A stretch of DNA of 61,575 bases, counting the filler, from Hausera hauseri (taxonomy: Eukaryota): assembly GCA_046269625.1 (NCBI GenBank). It is 12 parts of 12 records of this genome, joined end to end, with 100 filler letters (N's around TTAATTAATTAA, not from the genome) between each part and the next. Parts side by side here need not be neighbours in the genome. Positions count along the whole stretch, not along the records: positions 24,969 to 31,982 come from JBJURY010043776.1; positions 32,083 to 38,072 come from JBJURY010157533.1; 10 more parts are not named here. One strand, 5' to 3'. Below the pieces are notes generated by a model that saw nothing but the letters and a program-made list of their open reading frames with translations, was not told the DNA's origin and did no database searches. Positions 24,969 to 36,479 of this stretch are shown here, piece after piece. Within the stretch, counting starts at the first letter, position 1, and each line of letters opens with the position of its first letter. A program made the position numbers and the translations under genes.

Positions 24969-26043
24969 ATACGATGTAACAACAAAAGAGGCGAAAAACT
25001 GCGATTTTGAACCCGGAGACTATACACAGTGTTGCGACATATACTATGGACACATTTACATCCTTACTTATCGACTATACTCACCACACTCATCGGAAGT
25101 CTATATCGAAGTAAACCCACAACTTCAGTTAGTTATTCCCGCTTGGATCACACGATTCGAAGTGAAATTCGACGAAATACTACAATCTACCGACCCACAT
25201 ATAAGGCTATTAGTTGAAAATATCAAATGGATCTCAATAAACTAGAAAAAACAATGCATCCAAGTAGATGCTCGAACATGATTAACTCTTAGTCAAAAAA
25301 TTAGCGTTGTTTTCGAAACAGTAAATGGAAAAACCCCGAAAGTAAAATACTGTTCTGTTCGTGATGGTGTAAAACACCTATGTTGTAAGCTACCAAATAA
25401 ACCAAGACTTCAAAATAAAATTTGACTTACATGAAGTACGACCGAATAAACCGAGCAAACAATTGCGAGCTTATTACCCAAAGAATAGAATATGGAGGAT
25501 TCCAATAGAAACGACAACCGAAAATCCGACTACTCGAGTTGGTGTCATTACGAAAACCGTTACATCAGGCAGTGTGCCTAAAAGGGAGTTCTAAAGTGTT
25601 CCCATTAAATATTCGACGCACCGATTTAGAATTATGTTCTTTGTGAAAGAAAAACTAATCAAATTGTAACATTACTTAAAAATACATACCAGACAGAATG
25701 CAATTTGTTAAAATCACAATCCGATTATATAATACAAGTATATGCAGAGGATAAAGAAAACCAAACGAGTACATTGCTCACATTAGATGAAGTTTGTACA
25801 GAATCGCACATATACAAAAGCATAGATAACAAAATTACAACTCCAGTCACCAAACAAGCACCAATGGGATTAACCACTTTACCGATCGTATCAATAGTCG
25901 TACTATAAACGCTTGTTCTCATCATATTAATTGCGATTTTTCGGTTAGTTACCAGAAATTATTATTCTAAGCGTCTTAAAACTACAGAATGGAAACTAAC
26001 GGAATTGGAAACCCCTCTTGATCTATATGATAAAATAACCTGA
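24969..26043 (+). pseudogene. Type I membrane protein with juxtamembrane FN3-like domain, T-rich stalk, TM helix and short tail
   Basis: TECNLLKSQSDYIIQVYAE (FN3-like L.P.T.Y.V.V.A), then LPIVSIVVL*TLVLIILIAIFRLV + RNYYSKRLK; stop at 26041-26043 followed by AATAAA at 26073. Confidence 0.55.
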
Positions 26044-26736
26044 CAACTACAGAGCAGATTATTCTATCATCAAATAAAGAATTGGTTCTATTTCAAGAGC
26101 ATTCTTTATTGTAAGAGTAATCTTTATTGTTTATTCTTCAGGTTTAAAAACAACTATATGGACGGACGACAGTATCGACGAACCGAGTAGGGAAAACGTT
26201 TCAAGACGCCGACGTACTATCGACGAATTCCTACAAAAATACACCGCCATACTTCTCCGAAATTCTAACTCCATTTTCCGGGAGATCCATAATGAATTAC
26301 ATGGAAAAGGTGCTGTAAAATACGACCAGGTCTACACAATTCCCAATAATCTAAAGGGTGTCACAGAAGAGAATAGGACTATCTATCTCTGTGCCATGAG
26401 GGAAGACAAGGACGCCAGGGCATACTCGCTCAGACAGTTGATAGACTATGATTTCGGTCGAAACATTTACATTTACCTAGCCGATGGTGAGATATACTAC
26501 CGATTCCTAGATCAAGAATGGGACATACATAACGGAAGGCAGTATAGATGTAGCATCCTCAGTTTACGAAGTGAAGATCTGCAGTCTTACGAATTGAAAT
26601 TTCGGGTAGTCGCTCTTCGTGTCAAGATAATGCTCGAAGTAACCTATGAGGAACAGTCCCATTTTCCATTACCGCCTTGAAGTTCCGGCAACAATCATCG
26701 GAGAACGAACTGGAAGGATCCATATACACGTATAGA

Positions 26737-27260
26737 ATGATGCCAAACACCCAGAATGTGAGGATCATAGCCATAAATTCTGGAGAGGGAAAGGACGCGG
26801 AGAAAATTCCGATGGAGATCTCAGTTCGAGAAACCAGTTGAGTAGAGACGTATCATACAATTATTAGTCCTAGGAAACGGATTAGAGAAACATACTACGA
26901 TTTAACTGGAATCCGTAAGGAAAACCTCCGAAGCGGAAAGAATATAAAACGTGTGCAAGTAGAATTGGAACATTGCCTATATGGACACATTCTTGTTGGG
27001 CATAGTATAGAGGAGACTATAACATTATAGGAAATACCCCACTCAAACCTCGCAGGGATAAGAGAACTCAGAACGCACCCAATTATCGCCGAACAAACAA
27101 AAAAATTGCTGCGAGAAAGGGACTACCCGATGCCAAAACTTATGGACGCCTACTTCAAACTAGTAATTGACACTATGAGTAATGGCTGCATCAAAGTCAG
27201 TAAGATGATAACGGCGAGCTAACGCACTTAATACCTTCGAGACATTTACGCAGGTTTAAA
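26737..27260 (+). pseudogene. ISG20/REX4-like DEDDh 3'-5' exonuclease domain (not in ORF track), C-terminal to an unknown domain starting about 26158
   Basis: IIAINSGE..EISV..YHTIISPRKRIRETYYDLTGIRKENL..KRVQVELEHCLYGHILVGHSIE..L*EIPH..IREL follows the REX4 pattern AIDCE..V.P..V.DY..SGI..L..VQ.E..GRILVGH.L; ExoI and ExoII Asp appear substituted. Confidence 0.75.
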
Positions 27261-28126
27261 ATGGGACCACGAATGGACTCCTAATAACCCGGAACACAAC
27301 CTACGTAGTCTTCCAAACCCAGAAGGAGTAGATCGCAAATATCGGAAACAATACTGTTTGGCTTATTGAGCCAAATAACTCCGAATTAACTATATTGAAG
27401 ACCATTCAGAAGCCAATCACAGATGGATTACCAGACACCAGCTGTAGAAGGGCTGAAACAATGGCCAAATAAGAAACCGGAACTGAAACATTCAAAATTT
27501 CCTTGATTCCAAAGAAAAAGCAAAAAGTTAAAATCCTGGCCCAAGTGTCGAAGAAGAAAACCTCCCTTTATGACTATCTATTCAAAGGGACCTACAAAGC
27601 AACAATCTCAGTTCAAATAGACCAAAACAAAAAATGGATAATGCAGAAAACTATGAAAGAAGGAAGAAGATCAACCAAAAATAGCCAATCAACTTACAAT
27701 CCGAACTATAGAAAAATCAAGGAATGCAATATTCTGAGCCCAGAACCCAGAGGATGAACTCAAGCAAATTACTGAAATGAATATATTAAGGAATAGGCAT
27801 ACACAGGGAGATACACATTTCATAACGACTAAAGACCAACCGAAAATGTTGGTAACCACTGAACATTCTAGCCGCGAAAAAATCAAGGAGGCAGTGTTTT
27901 ACCTTAGAACCACATCGCCTAGAGAAGTGTACGAAAACACATACATCTGGGAGAATCCCAAACTACGGAAATATGTTGCGCCAGTTTTCCAATATAAAAG
28001 AAATGGTAAGATGACAGTACCCGTGGACAAACAGATAAAAACAGTACTAAAAAAGCAATGCCATCAATATCTAAAACAAGGAAAAATTCCTGATCTGGAT
28101 CACGAAAGTTTGCAGACTGGACCATA

Positions 28127-28444
28127 GTGACAATAAGTTGTGACCCCAGAAGAATCTCCGTAGACCCCAAGCAAAAGAGGATTTATGAATATTTGTACCA
28201 GGATAAGGATGATTTGGTATTCGAGCAAATCGAGCTCGTAATAAGAGGAGATCTAGACGACGAGAAATGGGAGAAGGAAGAATATGAATGTCCCATGTGT
28301 GAGGCAGACCTTCATCAAGGATTCGTCATTGTAGATAATTGCGATTGCAGACACAAATACTGTCGAGACTGTTTGGAAAAGTGGACCGTAGAAAACGGCA
28401 AAAACTACAGACCCAGTATGTTAGGTAGAGGCAACCGACCTTAA
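28127..28444 (+). pseudogene. C3HC4 RING finger protein, end of a broken ORF starting about 27500
   Basis: CPMC-x13-CDCRHKYCRDCLEKW, with a final PVC in a shifted frame near 28413-28421. Confidence 0.75.
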
Positions 28445-28641
28445 GTATTTTTCAAACGGAAGCTATACCCGTGTAGTCCGAATAAGACCGCACCATAGTT
28501 ACGAATTAGAGACAAATTTCCGGGCGAACCAGCCAAATACCGACCCAGGAGCGGGTTTTCGACGACGCATCAATTTATTGAGATAACCACAAAGTGGCGT
28601 CACCTCTCCTGACGCAATAGGCACATCCGAGGATGCCGCTT

Positions 28642-29153
28642 AGGGAGGAGAAATGTTGTGAGAAAGGGACTAGTGCGACAGCTGAGTTGCAAATAATTGT
28701 ACAAGAAGTGGATTTAATGCAACCACTGCAGTATCAAATATATTGAGGCGATTAATTAAAAGCGTATAGAAGAAATTGAATGTATATATATGTTGGTTAA
28801 AACGAGGAAATAAAATTGTAAATAAATGGTGGATACTCTGGAAAATAATAGTAAAGAGACAAATAAAAGAATAATAAAAGGGCTGACTGTAGAAGTAGAA
28901 ACATATATACGGAGACGTTGGAGAAGGGATAGATAAATTTTTCAGAGAAGAAGCTGATCTTATTTTCGAACTGACTAACATTCTGAATCGTGATTATTGA
29001 CTCTACTGCATTGAACCTCTATAGCGTTAGTGTTGTAATTTGTTTATTATTAAAGTTTCTCGTTGTATTGTTAAATTTTCTATATAGTTTTCCGCCGCTC
29101 CTTAAGAGTAGTTTAAGCATACCCTAAGGGTTAAACTTCTGTGTAAAATCACA
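28642..29153 (+). mobile_element. Polypurine tract and probable 3' LTR
   Basis: AGGGAGGAGAAA (28642-28653) immediately followed by TGTTGTG (28654); AATAAA signals inside; candidate end ATCACA at 29153 is uncertain. Confidence 0.55.
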
Positions 29154-29344
29154 TAGATAAGGCGAGAATATTGTTAAACGTTTTGCACAGGACCACAATC
29201 GAGTACCAGTATTACTGATTAAACTATCTGTTATAAGGTAAAATTTGTCTATTCGATAACGATAGACCTTACATGCATTAAGTTACTCAAATCCCAAGTG
29301 TAATTATTGTTATATAGCGGGAGATTGCATAAGGGTAACCCCAA

Positions 29345-29645
29345 TATGTAACATTTCTTTTGGTGCTCCGGATTTGAGGATCCATTTCTTTTCTATCGCT
29401 GCTTTGATGGTGACTTTGTCTTGCCTCGGTATAGTAGTTAGTGTTACGTATCTGCTATACTGATCTATCATTGCTAAAATATATCCTTTTTTCTCCAAGC
29501 TTCCTTCATTGGCCCACAGATATCTATGTATACTTTTCGAATGGCTCGTTTGCTGATAGGTTCACTGTTTCTTCCTTCGTGCTCGTCGTCAAGGTTTTGC
29601 TTCGCTGACAAGCTTCGCATTGTCGAACTACTTCCTGGACTGTGT
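29345..29645 (-). pseudogene. Gypsy integrase fragment
   Basis: VVRQCEACQRSK..EPFEKVYIDICGP..YILAMIDQYSRY..WILKSGAPKEM. Confidence 0.85.
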
Positions 29646-30284
29646 CAGAAATCAAAAATTTTAGAGCTTTCAAAAATCATTTAAGTACGAAATTTACCAA
29701 GTTTAGTTTGAATGTAATTTCTAAAGAAAGAATAAACAGCTGCCACATGTAGGAAGATTAGTTAACAATATTGCTTTGATCAGAAATTTAATTAAAACTC
29801 CCATACATTTGTACTTGAATGCTCAAATCGCTAGAATTCTTGAACAAAAATCTTGGAATTCTAAATTCCTCTGACTTCACTACAAAAAATCGATCAACTT
29901 GTTTTTCAAACCTATTCTCAAAACTTTATTCAATAACTTTCAAACTAAATTGTTCGAAAAACTGATTTATAATCAGCAATTTGTACCAATCTGCATTGTT
30001 GATGTAACTTGCATTAACAATGTAAATGATTAATAATACGTACATGATTAATATTATGATATTTAGAAATTATTATCAATTTAAGGTATTTCTCATGGGT
30101 GTTTATTTGTGATACACATCTTATTTTCAAATAGACATTAATTAATTAATGTGAAATAAAATATTAATATTCACTTCTAAATTTCTTTCTTAATATGTGA
30201 TTGTTTTTGTCATTGCAATTTTTGTACAGATTATTTATACGCTATTTCCAGTGGTCAGTGCCATAACATTTTGACCATTTCATA

Positions 30285-31290
30285 ACAGAATGACAACCAT
30301 ACAGCTGAACGGTTTACCACGGACTTGAACTAACCACTCGAACTACGCACGGGAACCTTGGAAGTGACTCTGACGGACTTCACATTTACATTTTCACCAA
30401 AATCAATACGTGAGAAAATCGGTATTTATTTACCCGACTAGAAAATACCCTGTTTCAATCCGTTTAAAGTTAATCCGAGACTCAAACAAATATATTATCC
30501 GAAATTATTTGCAATACAATTTCTCGGTTTATGCTTATTTTCCAAACTGCAGTATGAAACTAAAGCATCGCATCCCATGGAATTGCAGTTTAAAACCATG
30601 GATGATGCTCAGGCATGGGGTATTCAATCAGTCAATGTACGCTCGAAAGTCTACGCCTAGGTGAACATGTTATAATTAGTGAAAAATTGAACCTATCGTT
30701 TAATGTGACAACCACTGTTGTAGTGAACTGGATTAGGTCAGATCAGTCTTTCGATTGTACATTGTGCCATATGACTTATTTATGGAAAGGGAACCGGAAT
30801 TGTGCGAATACGTCAAGAAAACGGCTACATTAGCCGTAAAGACATGCGAAATAAACGCAGATGGTCATATTTCGATTATACTACATAACAATGTTACATA
30901 TTTTGCCTTTGATGAATTATTGGCTCAGAATCTGGGGTTTAAGAAACGAGAATTCTATCAAACCATTGTTGGACAATCTATTGTTTCCAAATACAAATCA
31001 CCACTCTGGAGAATTTCATAGAATCAATATTTTAACGGACTTAACCGAATCCGTACTCGTGGTTGGATAACGTAAACAACTACTGGCTTCTATCGAACTG
31101 CATTCTGGCAAGTACAAAACATCGGGTGAAACTGTTCGCGTTAATATGCTCATACCCATGCACTTATAATTTTCTCGCATTATTGTACAGTATTTCCGTG
31201 TATATGCTTGATGAATTTTGGGAGCCAATTAAATTTCTATTTGGGTCAACGACACATTTGACGTTACATTTTTGACGTCGTCGTCGATAA
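30285..31290 (+). pseudogene. Polinton minor capsid-like gene, homolog of 14999-15910
   Basis: DNA collinear with 15060-15910 (WEVTLTDFTFTFSP; YFAFDE.L..NLGFKK.EF; INILTDLTE..RKQLLASI); retains the C-terminus MLDEFWEPIKF..THLTLHF. Confidence 0.75.
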
Positions 31291-31335
31291 TAAACAAACT
31301 GCTTCATCACTATCATCATCATCATCATCGAGATC

Positions 31336-31982
31336 ATGAGTATTTACATGATGTTACTGAGCAACAGTTGTCCGACAACTCGTCTAAACAATTCAGCCAG
31401 TGAATATGTTGTAGATTGGAACAATCCTTTGGATTTATCTGGAAAATGGGAAGTTGCACTAACGGAATGTAACTTCCCCTACGTACCGGGGATATTGAAA
31501 GGTAGTATGAAAATAGTGTACAACAAGACTGTTACTGAAACCAAAACATATTCTTATCCTCTGACACTTACTGACAATAAAATAACATTTGGATAATCGG
31601 CCATTTGCACGACCAGTACAAATTACGGTTTATACGGCAAGATCGGTGTTTTTATTTTAGGGGGAAACTTACATTTTATAGCAGATTTTGAATTTACTGT
31701 TAACTTTGCGTCATCTGAGATGGCGCAAAAATTTAGAATCAAAAATGCAGAGTACAAAGGTAAATATATTAGAAGCGAATATGCAGTTGCTCCAAGATTA
31801 AGTCTCGTATATTACTAGACAACGGTGAAATTTACCTATACAGCATAAATGGTGTCAACGTCATACGTATCGATTGGGGACAATGTCTATTGCGAGTCTG
31901 TAGCATATCTCTGTTAACACTTCTTCAAATCAAAAGTACAAGGAGATATTTAAAGTTTTCGAGTCATCAAACCGATTTTGAT
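31336..31982 (+). pseudogene. Second, tandem minor capsid-like gene
   Basis: MSIYMMLLSNSCPTTRLNNSASEYVVDWNNPLDLSGKWEVALTECNFP, the penton N-terminal motif (SN..N..S.F..P..L.G.WEVAL.E). Confidence 0.8.
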
Positions 31983-32082
31983 NNNNNNNNNNNNNNNNNN
32001 NNNNNNNNNNNNNNNNNNNNNNNNNNTTAATTAATTAANNNNNNNNNNNNNNNNNNNNNNNNNNNNNNNNNNNNNNNNNNNN

Positions 32083-32545
32083 GCTACAACGTGAAATAAC
32101 AACTTTTTCAACTTGATCTCCATTAATAGATTTTAAATAGCGGATATTAACCTTTTCGAATGGTTGCAGGACTATAATACAGTAACATCTCTCATTGATA
32201 CTTGCCACTCTCCACGAAGATCAATATTATTCTCAGTCTACGATATATTTGCTAGCATTATTATTCGGTGAGTATCTGGACAACTATTGCTTGGTAACAC
32301 CATATAAAATGAATGCATGATTGCCATCACATTACCTGGACTGTTTATATTCTGTATTGCTTAATAAGTAGAGTCAATATAGTCTGCTCCAAATCTAGAT
32401 TCTGGGTTTTCCACTATCATCACCAATATTAACTCCTGTTTTGCTTATGCATGTTGATGAAACAGGCAAATCCATTGGATTTATCGGTGCAACATATATT
32501 GGATCACCATAATTTAATTGTGAACCATCTACACAAACATCTTAA
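32083..32545 (-). pseudogene. Junction of two tandem minor capsid-like genes (C-terminus of one, N-terminus of the next); not in ORF track
   Basis: VAPINPMDLPVSSTCISKTGVNIGDDSGKP (C-terminal motif), then PNNNASKYIVD*E..IDLRGEWQVSMRD (N-terminal motif). Confidence 0.6.
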
Positions 32546-33303
32546 CAGAGGAACTCGATCTGATCCGACCATTATTGGCTGAACTATTCTCGAATAGATT
32601 TAAATTTGATTAAATGCATTTGTCAATCTAATTGGAAAGACACCTTTGTGGTGCCGCTGACTCGGGCGCCACCAGTCCAACAACCCCGAATAACTGCGTA
32701 CATCCAACAAACGGAATGCTGAATGTGAAATCTCATTTTTGTTAAAGAAAATCGAAATCAGTTATATTCCACGCTTGATAAATACTACCAGTTCACAGAA
32801 ATATGTTGATGCTAAAAAAGGTATCAGAAGTCAGTCAGCGAAACCTGCAAATTTTGTTCAGGTAACGATGATGGTGTTTTGGCTGACAAAACGCGATTTG
32901 ACCGATATCACCGACACAGTTACACGAAGGAATAATAATGTTCTGTTTGAGTACACAATTATGTCCGATGAGTATAGTGGTAATGATGAACTAATTCGGC
33001 AAATATTAGTTAATTGACTTTCTATGAGGATATTTTTGGAGATATTGTGTGTATTAATGTTGTAGATTTCTATGGTTTGTAGTTATCAATAATTAATTGA
33101 TCGGTTTGTTTAAAAAAGGGAATTAAAGCTTTCCTGTTTTTTTGCTACTTGGATTAAACCATATCTGTGTAACAGTCATTTAATCTCGTTTAATCACGAT
33201 TTAATGCCAAATTCGTGTTGGATTTATCTCGTCTATATCAATTGGTGTCAGAAGTGGGATTTTGAAATCATATCCACTGAACAAGAAATAAAGGTTCAAA
33301 AAT

Positions 33304-34400
33304 GTGCTAGATGGAAAAGAAGATGACCCGAATAGTTTTATATTGACAACCCAATTAACACCGTTATATGACTTCTATTATGGTCGAATTGAAGGTTGTT
33401 ACATGACCCAACAAAACAAAGGCGAATATCGATTTAGTTTTGCCGTATGTCAAACGATTTGCTACTCTAATGTGTCGACAATTGAACACATTTTACAGCA
33501 CACCGACGATAAAGCCACGAAAATGTTCAAAATCTGCGACATCATCCAGTATCAAACGTGCGGCAAAATGTTGGATAAGGCATTCGAATTGCGCAATCAC
33601 ATGGAAGCTGAACATATGTCCGTTATGGGTCCCGATGGGGAACAGCGTGTGTGTATCGACATAAACAACGGCAATATGATCTGTACGATTTCATGTCGAA
33701 TTTGTGAGAAAGTGTGACAGTAATTTTTCGCTGGCGCAGCATTTGCAGAATTCTCATCGAGTACATGAAATTCCGTACCGTTGTGTAGTATGCAATTTCC
33801 ACACGTCACTTTACCAGAATGTCATGGGATATTTCAAAAAATCCATAATGACACGAACGAACTAATTTGTCCGTATTGTTTACGGCTCTATACGATCATC
33901 GATCCTCTACCAATGAAGGTTCTCGATGCACCGGGTTCCATCTCGAATGCCAGTCAGACCGTATTGTTTCTCCAGCATTTGAAGACTCGCAAAGAACTCG
34001 TGTTCAAACATTGTACCGGCTGTATATTGCAATTTATCAGTAAAACGGATTTTGAACTCCATCGAAAATTAGATCATAAAACTCAGGTCATTGAACATGA
34101 CTCCTATCCAGGATTTAAGTCGTCGTCACATGTTTCCCATTTGGGTTCGAGAAATGATGGTCAGGATGAGCCTTTGGTAAATGCTGGTCCACAAGCTAAA
34201 CGAATGAATGCACCGGAACCGGCTCGAGTACAAGATCTATTTAATCTTGTATTGCCGGAAGAAATTAAATATTTTGTGTTTAGAGTGCGGTAAACAGTTG
34301 AGCAGTAAAAATTTAGACCAAGTTCGCATAATGCGTGAACGAATTCGTAGTTGTATGCCAATTTTTATCGTAAATAACCTTGTTATTCACGGCTACATAA
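33304..34400 (+). pseudogene. POGZ/ZNF280 (Row-like) C2H2 zinc-finger cluster fragment
   Basis: DFYYG, CGKMLDKAFELRNHMEAEH, CRICEK, FQKIHNDTNELICPYCLRLY correspond to POGZ [43 protein letters not shown]. Confidence 0.75.
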
Positions 34401-35228
34401 GTAGTTTGATCGTTTTGGTTGCTACCGTTACGGAGGAAAACAGACAGAACTTGAAAACTTGGAACAAATTACTGATTTTACGTCCTCCTACTATTATGAA
34501 ATATTGAGTTACATTTAGGAAAAATGAACTGTTTTTTCTTTGAATTTGCCAACGAAATTAAGATTTTGTCATTAGTTCGATCTTTAAGTCGAAAGTCGCC
34601 AATTAGTGAGACTGAAAAAAAGCAGTTTGGTCAGTTTTTCAACTCGGGAGAAAATGCATTTGATAAGTGCTGTTTAGTTTCAAAGCGTTTGCCGTTTCAA
34701 TCTCTATCAATCGACGATTCAATCCACATTTTAATCCAAGAAATGACTCCGTCGAGTGTCTTAACATGGTTCAATATATACAACTTACTGAATAAGCTGA
34801 AATACGTTCAAAAGAACGTACTTAATAAGGATATAATTAGAGAAAAAACAGTCAAAATCTAATTTCCAACTATTCCTATGACTGTGACTTCCCAAATAAG
34901 TCCAGACAATTGATTTTCTATGGGGATATGTACAATTATTGTTCAACGTGGTTTAACAGTACTGTACAGTCTGTCATGACTATTCTTGATCAGATCGTCG
35001 TAATAAATATGTTCATTGATATTATGAAAGCATTCCTCAGAGATATTGTAATAGCTGAACAGAAGATTTACACAATCCAGGTGATAAAGCAATGGATTGC
35101 GAAGGTTACAGCCAATGAGCACCGCAATTCTCGAGCGAAGTTAATCGCATGGCAAGATGAATTGGACATGTATTTACAGCGATTGTGGGTATTGGAAGTG
35201 TCGTACAAGAACAATTTTTTAGAAGAAT

Positions 35229-36044
35229 ATGATGACATGCATGACTAGTCACCCTCCATTGTTTCTGAAAATGATTGTCGAACAGTCGAATGGGTTACCT
35301 AGCGATAGATTTGGTAATGTATTCAATACAGTATTTCAAATCATGGACATAACCAGCATCAGTCAAATCGTATTCTGCACAAGCTTTATTAAGGCTATCC
35401 TTAAATTAGACAATACCCATAACGGAGATTTATCCATGTCCATGGACCAAGACTCGATACTCGGCAACAGTATCTTAGACTCATCTGCAGAAGATGTTAA
35501 GAGTTCATCTAACGAAGAAATCAGTTTGACGTGTTCGCTGTTACTCATGTCCGACACCGATGTCAAACAGGTCGCCAGCAAATTATTTCAATTCGCTAGT
35601 GAAAATTGCCTAACAATGAGTCAGCTAAATACTTTATTCCAACTGTTATTTCAGAGTTTCGTACCATGCGAGAACAGTACGGCGGACACAGTTTGCAACA
35701 GTCACTATTACACGAGATTCCTCATTTATGAACAATTAGCCTCATTGAACATTTTGAACACGCAATTATTTTGTGATCTATTCTCATTTTTACATCCATA
35801 TCTCGAGAATGTACACCTAACAAAACCTGTTCAAATAGTCTACAAAAGTACAAGCAATTTGACATTTCTAGTGTGGCATGATTTCCCAGAATTGCTCATC
35901 ATTTACCATGCGTTATTATGTCAAATTTTACTTTGTCAGTTATCGACGACAGCAATCATTGAAACGAAAGAAATCATCAGAGATTTAAAGAATGGCATCA
36001 AAAAGGTCAGTCAATCTGTCATACTTATGTTATGCATATATTAA
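35229..36044 (+). pseudogene. CNOT1: ORF containing a CNOT1 C-terminal (NOT module) segment at about 35750-35935
   Basis: FLHPYLENVHLTKPVQIVYKST..LVWHDFPELL..YH..C vs CNOT1 [36 protein letters not shown]..C; the rest of the ORF is unassigned. Confidence 0.65.
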
Positions 36045-36479
36045 TGAATCTATTAAATTGTTAACATAAAATTTTACCCGAAGAATTGGTTACCTCATAT
36101 TTTAACAATAGTCCGAAATTTCTCCAGCTTTGCCGCAATGTCAGTAATAAACCATTGCAATACAAATTTGATCTCCCCGCTCAGAAAGATCAGCCATTAC
36201 AACTAGAGTATTTTGGGCGCGCCCATGCCTACGCACCGCATTATACAACCAACATAGCTGAATACTTTATTTTCCTTACTCTTGCTTGAAAACAGACACA
36301 AACCTACATACTACATACATCAAACTGCAACTATCGCAAATTTGTCTGGCGTGCTACAACGACAAACAACTCTTGCTAGTTTTCGCTTTAGTTTTAATAA
36401 ATTTCTTCTCAAACAATCCGACATCATAACACGTTACACCAACTCATCGTCAACATCTATACTCACCGTACACTACAGT

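Noticed and set aside
34500-35230. Assignment of the ORFs between POGZ and CNOT1 pieces
   Set aside because: Looks coding but no motif recognised; left uncalled.
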